DNA of 64,000 bases from an uncultured delta proteobacterium (GCA_963731795.1 CAVSWU010000003.1:1222216-1286215), one strand, 5' to 3'; shown: positions 31,668-40,544, numbered from the stretch's first letter. Program-made: numbers and translations. Notes: a model not told the origin generated them from the sequence alone.

Positions 31668-31733
31668 CAGCTGCTCGCCCTGCGAGCAGCCCTGTGTGAT
31701 CCCAGGGCCCCACGGGGTACGGCGAACTGATAC

Positions 31734-31741
31734 GAGCAACT
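31734..31741. repeat. IS66 target-site duplication, right copy (GAGCAACT)
   Basis: See 29255-29262. Confidence 0.75.
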
Positions 31742-32490
31742 GGTACGCGAGCATAGGGTCCAGTTTCCGGAAGAGCACCCCGGCGATTTCGGTCATCCCC
31801 ACGTCGCGCCGGCCCTCGCCGAGGTTCGCCAGGAGCGCGGCCCACTCGCCGCCAGATCGCCGCAGCGGCTTCACAGCGGGCGCGGCCGGTTCGGAATCGG
31901 GAATCTGGACACCCCGCCAGCGCTTCGTCCACGTCGAGCGGAGGGCCGTCCTGGGCCAGCACGGGAGCCACAGGTAGTCCGGCCGGGATGGACCGGGCGA
32001 ACCACAGGCGCGCGCAGTCCGCCGCGTCCGGGTCCGCTGGGATGGCGAACCGATTGACGAGCACGGATCGGAGGGGCCCCCACTCGCGCGGCTGCACTTC
32101 CCGGGAGGGCCGCACCACCAGCCGCACAGAGCGCCGGGCGGAGCGATCCGAGTGCGTAGGGACGATCGCGCTCGCGATCCTGGCCGCCTCGAGACGCCGC
32201 ATGCATGCGACGAGCACCGGCCTCTCGACGCAGTCCACGTCGAACACGAGGACCTGGAGCCCGACGACGTCCTCGTTCCGGCGCCGGCCCCCGGTCCTGA
32301 AGCGTGCGCCAGACCAGCCGGGGCCGAGTCGCGACGGGCATCCATGTCCGATGCAGGAGGTGCCGCAGTCCGCGAACCGGGGGCGGCCGATCCGGCGGAC
32401 GAACGCATCCCAGGTCAGGCGTGCAGGCTTCGGGATCGTGTCGTTCACCGCGCTGAAGAACGCGACCTCGATGAACTCGTTTGTCTGAGT
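31742..32490 (-). CDS. primase-polymerase (prim-pol/AEP-like) domain protein; its last ~15 codons are displaced by the IS66 insertion
   Basis: MATQTNEF...VVGLQVLVFDVDCVERP is a DxD acidic motif. Removing the IS and one TSD rejoins the frame, which then runs to a TGA at 29211-29213. Confidence 0.45.
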
Positions 32491-32498
32491 CGCCATGT

Positions 32499-32849
32499 TC
32501 ACGCTGGCTCCGTGCTCTGGACTCGGGAATTGGAGCGGGCGGGCGGACGGGGCCGCCGCTTCTTCCACTCCGAGCGTTGCCGTTCGGCCAGCTCGGCCAG
32601 CTCCGCTTTGAACGACTTGGGCGCGCGGCGCTTCGCCGTGGGCCGCTGCTCGGGCTGCCGCGTGTGGCACTCCGCCGCGAGCGCGGCAGCGACGGACTCT
32701 GCGGTGATCACGGTCTTTCGGCCGTACTTCGGCCCCCGGACAAGCGTGTTGTCGGCGAGCAGTTCGAACACCCGGCGCCGCTTGCAATGGAGCTCGGCGG
32801 CTGCCTCATCGACGGTCAGCAGCGCGCTCACGGCTGCCCCCGGTCGCAC
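32499..32849 (-). CDS. excisionase/AlpA-like helix-turn-helix DNA-binding protein
   Basis: LLTVDEAAAELHCKRRRVFELLADNTLV is an HTH_17/Xis-like motif. Confidence 0.5.
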   Translation of the reverse strand: MRPGAAVSALLTVDEAAAELHCKRRRVFELLADNTLVRGPKYGRKTVITAESVAAALAAECHTRQPEQRPTAKRRAPKSFKAELAELAERQRSEWKKRRPRPPARSNSRVQSTEPA

Positions 32850-33034
32850 TCGGGAATCGGCTGGCGAGCACGCTCAAGGAGCAGTCGCTCCACAAGATCC
32901 GGGTCGAAAAGGAACCGGTCGCCCGCACGAACACACGGCAGGCGCCCCGCTGCGGCCTCAGCCCGCAGCCATACGACGGAGACGCGCAACCTGCGCGCCA
33001 TCGCAGAATCGGGAATGGGTTTCGGCGTCGTCAT
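32828..33034 (-). CDS. excisionase/AlpA-like helix-turn-helix DNA-binding protein
   Basis: MARRLRVSVVWLRAEAAAGRLPCVRAGDRFLFDPDLVERLL is an Xis/AlpA-type HTH; 68 aa. Confidence 0.5.
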   Translation of the reverse strand: MTTPKPIPDSAMARRLRVSVVWLRAEAAAGRLPCVRAGDRFLFDPDLVERLLLERARQPIPECDRGQP

Positions 33035-33093
33035 TGGCCCAATTTTCGGGCCGACTTCGGACGCGTCGGATCAAGTTGGGATCTAGTTCGGAT

Positions 33094-33825
33094 CTACTTG
33101 GGCTCGTTCGCAAGCCTCGTTCCACGCGAGGTGACAGCGTACCCTTTCTTCGGCCCGCCTGGACGGTGAACGAGGCCGGCCTCAGAGAGTTCAGCCAGCG
33201 CCTTGCCCACCGTGCCGCGTGAGAACCCGTCCGGGTTGTTCTCCTCGATATCTCTCTGGCCCTGCCGGGCTCCGCCTACGCACGTAGCAAGGTACTTCAG
33301 GATCTTGAATGCGTTCTTGCTCAACTGTGGAGCGCCCTCAACCTCGTCGGCCCTTTCGGGTGGTGGGACTTCCTTCACAAGCGCGAGGTCGCTCTCAGCT
33401 TCTGCAGCGAGTTGCTCAATGACCCGCCGTACTTCGACCACGTCCTGCGGAGGCGCCCACTCCCAGACCGCCGGCAGCCCTAGAACGTGGGACTCGCGCG
33501 CAAGGGGCAGGAAGTCGCGCAGCCATTGCCTGAAGTGAGGGAAGTCCTCGATGGATTCCTTTCCACTGCGGACGCGCTCCTCTATCGCGATGAGGCCGGG
33601 AAGTGAGCGCCTTGCGTTCTGCCGAAGGCAATAGAGGCGCTCTTGAAGCGACGTCCCGGTTGGCCTGCTCGCATAGAGCCACGGCACGTCCTTCGAAATA
33701 TACGAGCCGTCATCGAGGGAAGCCGCGCCTGCTTTGACTGCGGCGGCTAGCTTCTGCGCCAGTACCTCTCGGCGTTTGCCTTCGACCCATGCTTTATGCT
33801 CAGCCTTCTTGCGGTCGATGCTCAC
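33094..33825 (-). CDS. hypothetical protein with C-terminal winged-helix DNA-binding domain
   Basis: C-terminal FKILKYLATC...GTVGKALAELSEAGLVHRPGG is a wHTH. It lies between the integrase and the Xis genes. Confidence 0.4.
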   Translation of the reverse strand: MSIDRKKAEHKAWVEGKRREVLAQKLAAAVKAGAASLDDGSYISKDVPWLYASRPTGTSLQERLYCLRQNARRSLPGLIAIEERVRSGKESIEDFPHFRQWLRDFLPLARESHVLGLPAVWEWAPPQDVVEVRRVIEQLAAEAESDLALVKEVPPPERADEVEGAPQLSKNAFKILKYLATCVGGARQGQRDIEENNPDGFSRGTVGKALAELSEAGLVHRPGGPKKGYAVTSRGTRLANEPK

Positions 33826-35087
33826 TTGTCACCCCTCGTCCGCGCCGGGAACTTCGGATCGTCCATGTGGGCGAGGCACAGTGGAAGCGCAATCATGGGG
33901 GGCACTTCGTTCCCCTCGTAGAAGACTTTCGTCGTACGCGCGCTCGTGTGGCCCATGACCGCCGCGACTTCGTCGAGCGGCACGCCGCCGTCGCTCGGAC
34001 GAACAAGCTTCCCCATGCCGCGCGCCCAGGTGGCGAAGCTGTGCCGAAGTTCGGAGGGCCGGATAATGGGAGGTCGCGCCGTGCATTCGTCAGCCTTCGC
34101 GAAGTCTGCGCCGCAGGTGCAGGCATCCCCCGCTAGCCGCCTATGCGCGCGCTTGAGCATGAGCAGCGCCGGGGCACGCGTCAGAGGAGAACCACGGGCC
34201 GCGAGCCGTCTTGCCGCTGCGAGGCCGGCAGCGTCGAGGCTCACGACGTGGATCTTCCCGGCCTTCAGGTGGCGGAAGGTGATGGTGCCCGCGATGCCGC
34301 AGGGGTCGTTCACCTCGCGGATCTCGGCGTCGCCGTCCGCAACCCTGGCGATCTCGGTATCGTGCATACCAGTGGTCGCGCGCAGGCGGATCACGTCGCG
34401 CAGGGCCTGGCTCGTCAGCGCCGCATACGTGTGCTCGACGTCCGCAATGGCGTATCCCTTCGCACGCACGCTCTTCTCTGCTCGCGGCTGCGGCACGGGA
34501 AGATCGAGCGTAGGATCGTCCTTCCGCTCGAGCTTGCCCGTCTTCCGCGCCCACGCGGTGAACGCCCGGAGGGCAACGATCCGCTTGTGGCGTGCCCTCC
34601 TCCAGTTCCCCAGAATGGCGTTCAGATCTCCGAGCGTGACCTTGCACAGTTCCTTCCCGCCCAGTGCTTCGGCCCATGCCTTGAGGTACGGCTGTAGGGT
34701 GTGCCGGACGTAGCCCTCGGAGAGTTCCCCCTGTTCCACCTTGGCGCGCGCGTCCGAGGAGAACTCCGCGAGCGTCGCCGCGTCGAGTCGCAGGCCGGCG
34801 GGCGCGCGAGCCTGCTCCTGGTTCTGCTGCTTCCTCGTCCGGTACGCGAGCGGGTCACGGTCGAATAGGGCGAGTTCAGCGAGCGCCTCCCGTTCGGTAC
34901 GCACGCCGAGAGCGATCTTGTAGCGCCTGCCTCCGGCCCACTTCTCGATCACGAAGACCTCGCGCCCCCGCGCGAGCCGGACGAGTCCGCCGTCCCAGCG
35001 ACGAAGCGAGCGTTGCGAGGGGTACTGAGGTGGCTCCGCAGGGGGCGCCGTGGGCGCATCAGAGGAAGCCAGTTGGACGGTGGGCAT
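33822..35087 (-). CDS. int: tyrosine-type site-specific integrase
   Basis: C-terminal catalytic region SELRHSFATWA...GHTSARTTKVFYEG (R..H..R..Y). Adjacent to attR. Confidence 0.9.
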   Translation of the reverse strand: MPTVQLASSDAPTAPPAEPPQYPSQRSLRRWDGGLVRLARGREVFVIEKWAGGRRYKIALGVRTEREALAELALFDRDPLAYRTRKQQNQEQARAPAGLRLDAATLAEFSSDARAKVEQGELSEGYVRHTLQPYLKAWAEALGGKELCKVTLGDLNAILGNWRRARHKRIVALRAFTAWARKTGKLERKDDPTLDLPVPQPRAEKSVRAKGYAIADVEHTYAALTSQALRDVIRLRATTGMHDTEIARVADGDAEIREVNDPCGIAGTITFRHLKAGKIHVVSLDAAGLAAARRLAARGSPLTRAPALLMLKRAHRRLAGDACTCGADFAKADECTARPPIIRPSELRHSFATWARGMGKLVRPSDGGVPLDEVAAVMGHTSARTTKVFYEGNEVPPMIALPLCLAHMDDPKFPARTRGDK

Positions 35088-35167
35088 GGGCGCCTCTCAA
35101 GAGGAACGGCGCCAAGTCGGCGCCAAGTGCCACCATACACCGCCCGTCTCCCTCTGGGAAACACTCC

Positions 35168-35209
35168 CCTTTCAAGCCGGTAACACGGGTTCGAATCCCG
35201 TCGGGGACA
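35168..35209 (+). repeat. attR: 42-bp direct repeat of tRNA-Glu 3' end
   Basis: Identical to 17714-17755. Confidence 0.85.
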
Positions 35210-35238
35210 CTGAATCGGGGCCGGAAGCTGCTGAACAC

Positions 35239-35577
35239 TCAGCGGTTTCCGGCCCCGGTGCTTTCTGGGTCCTTCTCGTCTCCAGAATGTCTCCACGCCG
35301 AGGAGTCGCCCCGCCCCTCCTCCAGCATCTGGATGGCGCGGTGCTTCTCCCCCTTCCCCAGGTGCATGTACCGCATCGTGGTGCGGAGGCTGCGGTGGCC
35401 TGCCAGTTCCTTGATCGATAGCGGTGGGACGCCTCGCATGGCGAGGTGGCTACAGAACGTGTGGCGGAGAATGTGGAGCGCCCCTGTCACCTTGAGCCCG
35501 GCCCGCTTCTGCGCTGCGGACATCCAGCTCCGCACCGTCTGCTGGGACACTGGCGTCCCATCCTCGCGGTAGAGCAC
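35239..35577 (-). pseudogene. tyrosine integrase 3' fragment (remnant of an older element)
   Basis: Only the C-terminal catalytic ~110 aa are present (ILRHTFCSHLAMRG...GHRSLRTTMRYMHL). No N-terminal domains. It lies right after attR. Confidence 0.7.
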
Positions 35578-35603
35578 CCGCTCGCCCCGCAGGTGGCGGG
35601 CAC

Positions 35604-35888
35604 GTGCGAGAGCCGAGGATGGCCCGGATGGTGAAGGGGGCCCTCGCTGTGAAGTTGGCTGAGGAGAAAGCCGTCCTTAGGTCGCTGCGTAAACGGCTCG
35701 CCGCCGAGGTGCTGCTGCTGGAGGACCCGGACCTCCGGAAGCTGGAGCGGCACCGGCGGCTGCTGGAGAACTCCATGCAGCGCCAGCTCGATCTACTCGG
35801 ACAGGTGCGCTCCCAGGTGGCCTCCGCTCGGCCCGAGCACCAAGCCGAGGCCAAGGAGCTGCGCGTGAAACTCCGGCTGATGGGGTGA
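35604..35888 (+). CDS. small coiled-coil hypothetical protein, translationally coupled to the next gene
   Basis: 94 aa, charged and helical. Its stop overlaps the GTG start of 35885 (GTGA). Confidence 0.35.
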   Translation: MREPRMARMVKGALAVKLAEEKAVLRSLRKRLAAEVLLLEDPDLRKLERHRRLLENSMQRQLDLLGQVRSQVASARPEHQAEAKELRVKLRLMG

Positions 35889-36685
35889 TTCACGTTGCGG
35901 CTTGCCATGAGGAATTTGGCTCTTATGTTGCGAGTACCATGGCATCTGCGCGCCCCGTCAGGATCCCGAAGAATCCCTCCGTTCTGGTGCTGGAACTCAA
36001 CACGGAGCAGCTCTCCCGGGAAAATCTCTCGCTCGCTAAACAGGTAGAGGCGGAAGTCCAGCGGCTCGGCCTGACCGTGCAGGTTGTCCAGACGACGACC
36101 CAGGATGAGCTGGGAGGGGCATTGACGAGGCTCGCAGAAGCGCGGCGCACCTTCCACGTTGTCGTGGTTATCGCGCATAGCAATGAGGAGGGTATCCAGA
36201 TCGCCTGTGACCCGATGAATCAGGGAGACGGGTTCGTTTCCTGGAGAGCGTTCACCTCGTATCTCAACCTCTTCAGTACTCAGCGGTTGTTACTAGTGGC
36301 CTGTGAGGCAGGGCGCTCGACACCGGCCCGTGCGCTTTTCGAGGGGCTGCCCCGGCTGAGCCGCGCCTATGCCAGCCCCGTTCCCATGACCAAGGCGCAA
36401 GCGAAGCTGGTGCTTGACGCGGTTCCGGTTCTCCTCGGGGTGAACCCGCCGTCAAGCGAGGATCTGCGGTGGCAGCAGTTCTTGCTGGGCGTGCGCGCGG
36501 GCGGACAGCTCTTCGAGTGGACTCCGAAGGATATGGAACAGCCCGAGAGCGATGGCTTCCTCGACTGGTGTGCGGATGCGGCCAAAGGCCCCCTGGCGAG
36601 TTTGCCGGTGGCCTTCAACAAGAACGAGTCCCTGCGAGAGCTGACTGGACTGGTTGAGACGGTCCGCGACCTCTTCCGGAAGTAA
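35885..36685 (+). CDS. caspase-like (CHAT/C14-like His-Cys dyad) hypothetical protein, lower GC
   Basis: His98 (in HVVVVIAHSN, after a β-strand-like segment) and Cys140 (in LLLVACEAGRS) are 42 aa apart, as in caspase/CHAT catalytic dyads. GC is ~58%, below the ~70% background. Confidence 0.35.
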   Translation: MIHVAACHEEFGSYVASTMASARPVRIPKNPSVLVLELNTEQLSRENLSLAKQVEAEVQRLGLTVQVVQTTTQDELGGALTRLAEARRTFHVVVVIAHSNEEGIQIACDPMNQGDGFVSWRAFTSYLNLFSTQRLLLVACEAGRSTPARALFEGLPRLSRAYASPVPMTKAQAKLVLDAVPVLLGVNPPSSEDLRWQQFLLGVRAGGQLFEWTPKDMEQPESDGFLDWCADAAKGPLASLPVAFNKNESLRELTGLVETVRDLFRK

Positions 36686-37036
36686 ATTCCGCAATTGGTC
36701 CGGTTCGGGTTCGTTCTGACGGCCCTTCCTGAGCTTTTGGACTCCTCGCCTATTATTGGTAGGGCTATCGGATCCGGACAAGGCCTCCCACCCCCAGGGG
36801 GACAGGGGTTCCCTTGCCGCAGGTTCATTTTTCAGGGTCTCTTGCAGGATCCGTGGGTCTCGAACCCCGGACTGAGGAATCCACGGCGGGAGACGGTGGA
36901 GGGGCCTCGCCCCGCCCCGACAGGAGGTGCTCCGAGGGAAACGAGCAGCGCCTGAGGTTGGCAGGCGGGTTGCAGAGCCCCTCGGCCGCGACGTTGGCGG
37001 AAGCGGAGCTGCCAGGCGGGCTGGAGGAGACAGGCG

Positions 37037-37570
37037 GTGGGCTGGGTGGGCGTGGGCGAGCTGCTGCGGCGGCTGCTCGGGGTGAAGGGGCTGGTGGTGC
37101 GCGGAGCGCGCCTGGAGGAGCGGGAGTGGTGGTGGCGGTGCGCCCTCGCCAACGTCGCCTGCGGTGCGGGGTGTGCGGGCGGCCCGGCCCGCACTACGAC
37201 ACGAGCCAGGAGCGCGTGTGGCGGCACCTGTCGCTGGGGCGCACGGTGTTCTGGCTGAGCTATGCGCCGCGCCGCACCCTGTGCCGTGAGCACGGGGCGA
37301 GAGTGGAGAGAGTGCCCTGGGCCGCGCATGACTCGGACTTCACCTTCGAGTTCGAGGAGATGACGGCGTGGCTGGCGCAGCAGCTGAGCAAGACAGCCAC
37401 GAAGAAGCTGATGGGAATCAACTGGCGCACGGTGGACGCCATCATCGAGCGCGTGGTGAAGGCGCGATTGGACCCGGAGCGGCTGGAGGACTTGTACGTC
37501 ATCGGCGTGGACGAGCTGTCCTTCCGCCGCCACCACGAGTACGTGACGGTGGTGGTGGACCACCAAGGGT
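37037..37570 (+). pseudogene. ISL3-family transposase remnant (frameshifted, 3'-truncated)
   Basis: The N-terminal ISL3 zinc-finger/HTH region (RRLRCGVCGRP...WRHLSLGRTVFWL...VPWAAHDSDFTFEFEEMTAWLAQQ...INWRTVD) is split over two frames. It stops after ~180 aa without the DDE core. Confidence 0.6.
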
Positions 37571-37691
37571 GGCTGGCAGCTCACGCAGCCTGCCCCGTCC
37601 GAGGCCCCGCCCAGCGGTCACGACGGGCCGCGGTGAGGCAAAGACCCGCGAACGGGGCCACTGGCGAGAGTCGGTGGCCCCGTCCGCGTTC

Positions 37692-38537
37692 CTACTCCTT
37701 CGACTCTGCGTAGAGTACGAACCCGTCAACGGGCAGTGGTGCGTGGGGGATTAGCGTCTGCACCATGAAGAGGTTGTCGCAGTGCTCGGCGTTCGGACCG
37801 CCGAAAACAGTCTTGAAGGCCGGTTCCACACACCAATCCGGATCAAGGAATAGGCCGGTGTCGCCTGCCTCCGCGAACTTGCGGATGACGTGTGCGGGAT
37901 GAAATGTCCACACGTCATAGTGGCCGGGCCGACCTTCCGTGGGGTCAACCTCGGCGCCAATATCGCGGAGCCACCGCGCCAGCTCGGGGTCCTCCGTCTG
38001 AAGGTTCCCCTTGGAGGAATCCATCACTTTCACCCGTGCCTTTGGCATGGTTGCCTCGGCCCATGCAGCCACGTCCGAGGGATCGATGATGCGAAAGCGC
38101 GGCTCTACGCGATCCATCGGCGGGTCTCCGTTCCAGTATTCTCTCGGCTCGTGCGACACGTACCCTGAAAGCTCCACGCGCCCACTCGCGTCCGCCTCCA
38201 TCAATAATCCTGAGCTGCTGTCGTGGATGTTGTACTGGAAAGCAGGGGCGCCCACCCGTTCGGCGAGGCGTGCGAGAAGCGGCGGGCTTCCCTGCATCAA
38301 CAATTCAAAGGGGGCGGTGCGGATGGCAGTCCATCCCGGGGCGCCACGGAAACCGGCGATCCCCCAACGGCGAACCTCGTCACCCTTTCCGTATTGCATG
38401 GGATCGCGATGGTCAGTCTTGCGCTGTCTCGAGGTCACGAGTCGCCGCCTCTTTTCCACCACCAGGCGGGCAAGTTCTCTCTCAACCCGGTCCACATCCC
38501 CACACTGAATAAAGGCCGCGTTCATCCAAGTTCCCAT
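37692..38537 (-). CDS. hypothetical protein
   Basis: 281-aa ORF with normal codon usage and no recognisable motif. Confidence 0.4.
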   Translation of the reverse strand: MGTWMNAAFIQCGDVDRVERELARLVVEKRRRLVTSRQRKTDHRDPMQYGKGDEVRRWGIAGFRGAPGWTAIRTAPFELLMQGSPPLLARLAERVGAPAFQYNIHDSSSGLLMEADASGRVELSGYVSHEPREYWNGDPPMDRVEPRFRIIDPSDVAAWAEATMPKARVKVMDSSKGNLQTEDPELARWLRDIGAEVDPTEGRPGHYDVWTFHPAHVIRKFAEAGDTGLFLDPDWCVEPAFKTVFGGPNAEHCDNLFMVQTLIPHAPLPVDGFVLYAESKE

Positions 38538-38619
38538 GAGGCAGGAACCTACTCCAGAGGTCGCCCGGGTGTCTCCGGCGGTGTTAGATTGGGTCGAGAG
38601 GAATCGCCGGAGGAAGCCA

Positions 38620-38879
38620 TGCCGTCAGCGCCGATGAAGGTTCACGAAACGAGCGGCCGGGAGGTTCCGGGCACCCGGACGATCTGCGCCGAGTGTCAAG
38701 GTGACGTGTTCCGGTTCTATGACCTGGACGGGCACAACCACATGGAGTGCGTAGCCTGTGGCGCCCGGTACTGCGAGCGGGCGAAGACGAAGACCTGCCC
38801 CGGCTACGTCCTTCCACCGCCGCCCCCTCTGCTCTGGGTTCTGCTCAGGGGCCTCTGGCACACGAGCCAGCAGGGCTAG
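38620..38879 (+). CDS. small Cys-rich (zinc-ribbon-like) hypothetical protein
   Basis: CAECQ...CVACGARYC...C pattern. Speculative. Confidence 0.2.
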
Positions 38880-38889
38880 AGCTGATCGG

Positions 38890-39645
38890 TCAGGGTGAGT
38901 CGCGCCCGCCGATCTGGGGGAAGCGTTCGTAGGCCCGCTTGAGCGCGTCCAGGTGGGCGGGGTTGTCGAGATCGAGCGGCGTATCCGTGAGCTGCACGAC
39001 CCATCCGCCCGACAGCGTGCGCCGCGCTCGCGTGAGCAGCTCGGCGTCGCGAGCAGGATCCGGGAACCCAATGGCCTGCGCGGCAGCGGCAGACCAGTAG
39101 TTCAGCCACCCAAGGTAATAGGGAATCTCTGGCGAGCGGATGTGCTTGAAGAGCTTCAGGGCGGGCAGCCCCCGGCGTGGAGACGGTGGCCCTTCCAGCG
39201 TGGGTGCTGTCTGATACGCGATGTCCAGCGCAGCACCATCCGGCGTCGCACGCCCCCAGAACGCGCGTGCGCCCTCCGCTACGCCCTCAAGCACAGCCGC
39301 CGCTGACGCGATCACGGGCTCGTCCAGTGGCAGTTCTGCATACACTTCAGACAGGGGCTGACCGCCTGGGCTGAGGAGTCCCGATTTTCCCCTCCCGTTA
39401 ACCGTCACGGGGTAACTCTCGTCCCCGTTGCACAGAAGAGGGAATCTCCCGTCCTGCGTCCTTTCCACGAGCCACGCATCGCGCTGCGGCAATGCGATGG
39501 GGCGCCCTCCTTTGCCTACTTCCCACTCCAGGCGCAGGCCGGGGAGCGCCTTTTCCATCCCATGGACGCTATCGATTGTGCGGCGGTCTTTGCCCGCAAG
39601 CGCAGGCGCGTAGACAACAACGACAAGTCTTTTTCGCGTAGTCAT
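38890..39645 (-). CDS. putative immunity protein (copy 2)
   Basis: Paralog of 26182-26940 (~85% aa identity). It follows the toxin-like gene with a 4-bp overlap. Confidence 0.5.
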   Translation of the reverse strand: MTTRKRLVVVVYAPALAGKDRRTIDSVHGMEKALPGLRLEWEVGKGGRPIALPQRDAWLVERTQDGRFPLLCNGDESYPVTVNGRGKSGLLSPGGQPLSEVYAELPLDEPVIASAAAVLEGVAEGARAFWGRATPDGAALDIAYQTAPTLEGPPSPRRGLPALKLFKHIRSPEIPYYLGWLNYWSAAAAQAIGFPDPARDAELLTRARRTLSGGWVVQLTDTPLDLDNPAHLDALKRAYERFPQIGGRDSP

Positions 39646-40544
39646 CGCTTACACCCTGTGACGACAACATTCAGGGACTGATCCGCTTGCAGCAGCGCTT
39701 CTTTGTGCGCTTGGGTGCTCACCCCAATGATGAAGTCATATCCACATGCCTCCGCAGCTCTTCGCTCCTTTTCAATTTGCTCCAACTCCTTCTCAATCTC
39801 CCGCCTCCGGATGAAGTCAGGATACGTGTCAAATCGATGGGTCTTGATCTCCCACAGCACGCGCACGCCGACTTGCAGCGCATCGAAGCGCTCACCGCCC
39901 ACGAATACATCCATGCCGGGATAACGGTTGGGCGGAAACTTATCGGCGCACTCGTTATGCGGGACATCTTCGCCCGCGTGCCGCACCGGGATGGGCTCGC
40001 ACGACGGACGGCGCGGCTTGGTTTCTGGCGGTGGGGGGAAGATGTCTCCGGTGCTCGACCCCTTTGGCTTAGGGGCTCGGTTCGCTAACGGTTCCTTTGC
40101 GGGCTGCGTTTGAGTCTTGGGCTTCGCGCGCTCGCGGGATGCGTTCCGTTGATAGGCATCGATCCCCTCTTGAATCGCGGCTGCCACCACCACCGCGCCA
40201 ACAACAATCACTGCACCGACGACGATCTCGGGGGCCGCAAAGACACAGAGGGCCACGACTGCGGGAGCGGCTGCATCCGCGTAGGCGACAGCGCATCTTT
40301 TGTTGACATCCCGGAACCTGACCCTGTCGCGGTCGAGCGCGTGAAAGCACCGCTCCGCCAGGATCGGCCATTCGTTAGAGGCTTCTCGCACCACGCACTG
40401 CCCGTCATCCGTCCAGGGGTACAGCGCCGCACGTTGAAGATTGGCGAGCCTCGGACTCGGGGCTTCCGGCTCTCCCGGGCTCGGATCCATCGTTGCGCAG
40501 GCTGAGAGCAGGAACAGGAGTGCGATGAACGTTCGGTGAGGCAT
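39642..40544 (-). CDS. lipoprotein, putative polymorphic toxin with PD-(D/E)xK-like C-terminal motif (copy 2)
   Basis: Paralog of 25262-26185. The central region is nearly identical at nucleotide level and the C-terminal ~70 aa diverge. Lipobox LLSAC. Confidence 0.55.
   Translation of the reverse strand: MPHRTFIALLFLLSACATMDPSPGEPEAPSPRLANLQRAALYPWTDDGQCVVREASNEWPILAERCFHALDRDRVRFRDVNKRCAVAYADAAAPAVVALCVFAAPEIVVGAVIVVGAVVVAAAIQEGIDAYQRNASRERAKPKTQTQPAKEPLANRAPKPKGSSTGDIFPPPPETKPRRPSCEPIPVRHAGEDVPHNECADKFPPNRYPGMDVFVGGERFDALQVGVRVLWEIKTHRFDTYPDFIRRREIEKELEQIEKERRAAEACGYDFIIGVSTQAHKEALLQADQSLNVVVTGCKR

Larger units (their letters stand above)
29263..31733 (+). mobile_element. complete IS66-family insertion sequence (2471 bp) with tnpA-tnpB-tnpC
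   Basis: 23-bp imperfect terminal IRs (GTATCTGTTCGCCGTGCCCCGTG / CACGGGGTACGGCGAACTGATAC, 21/23). 8-bp TSD, three-ORF organisation and ATGA coupling are characteristic of IS66. Confidence 0.85.
17756..35209. mobile_element. tRNA-Glu-integrated genomic island / integrative element (~17.45 kb)
   Basis: Bounded by a perfect 42-bp direct repeat of the tRNA-Glu 3' end. Carries a tyrosine integrase, two Xis-like genes, a prim-pol gene plus a RecA-like ATPase gene, an IS66 and cargo genes. The low-GC PIN-like gene sits inside it. Confidence 0.8.

Noticed and set aside
27942-32490. Single fused primase-helicase gene interrupted by IS66
   Set aside because: After removing the IS and one TSD, the prim-pol frame hits TGA at 29211-29213, before the ATPase's TTG start at 29144. 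I therefore call two genes. With the homopolymer errors in this assembly, a fusion cannot be fully excluded.
36814-37036. N-terminal 75 codons of the 36814-37713 ORF as part of the ISL3 transposase
   Set aside because: The translation (Gly/Ala/Arg-rich) has no similarity to the transposase pattern. The real ISL3 N-terminus is in another frame from ~37037, so this stretch is probably non-coding.
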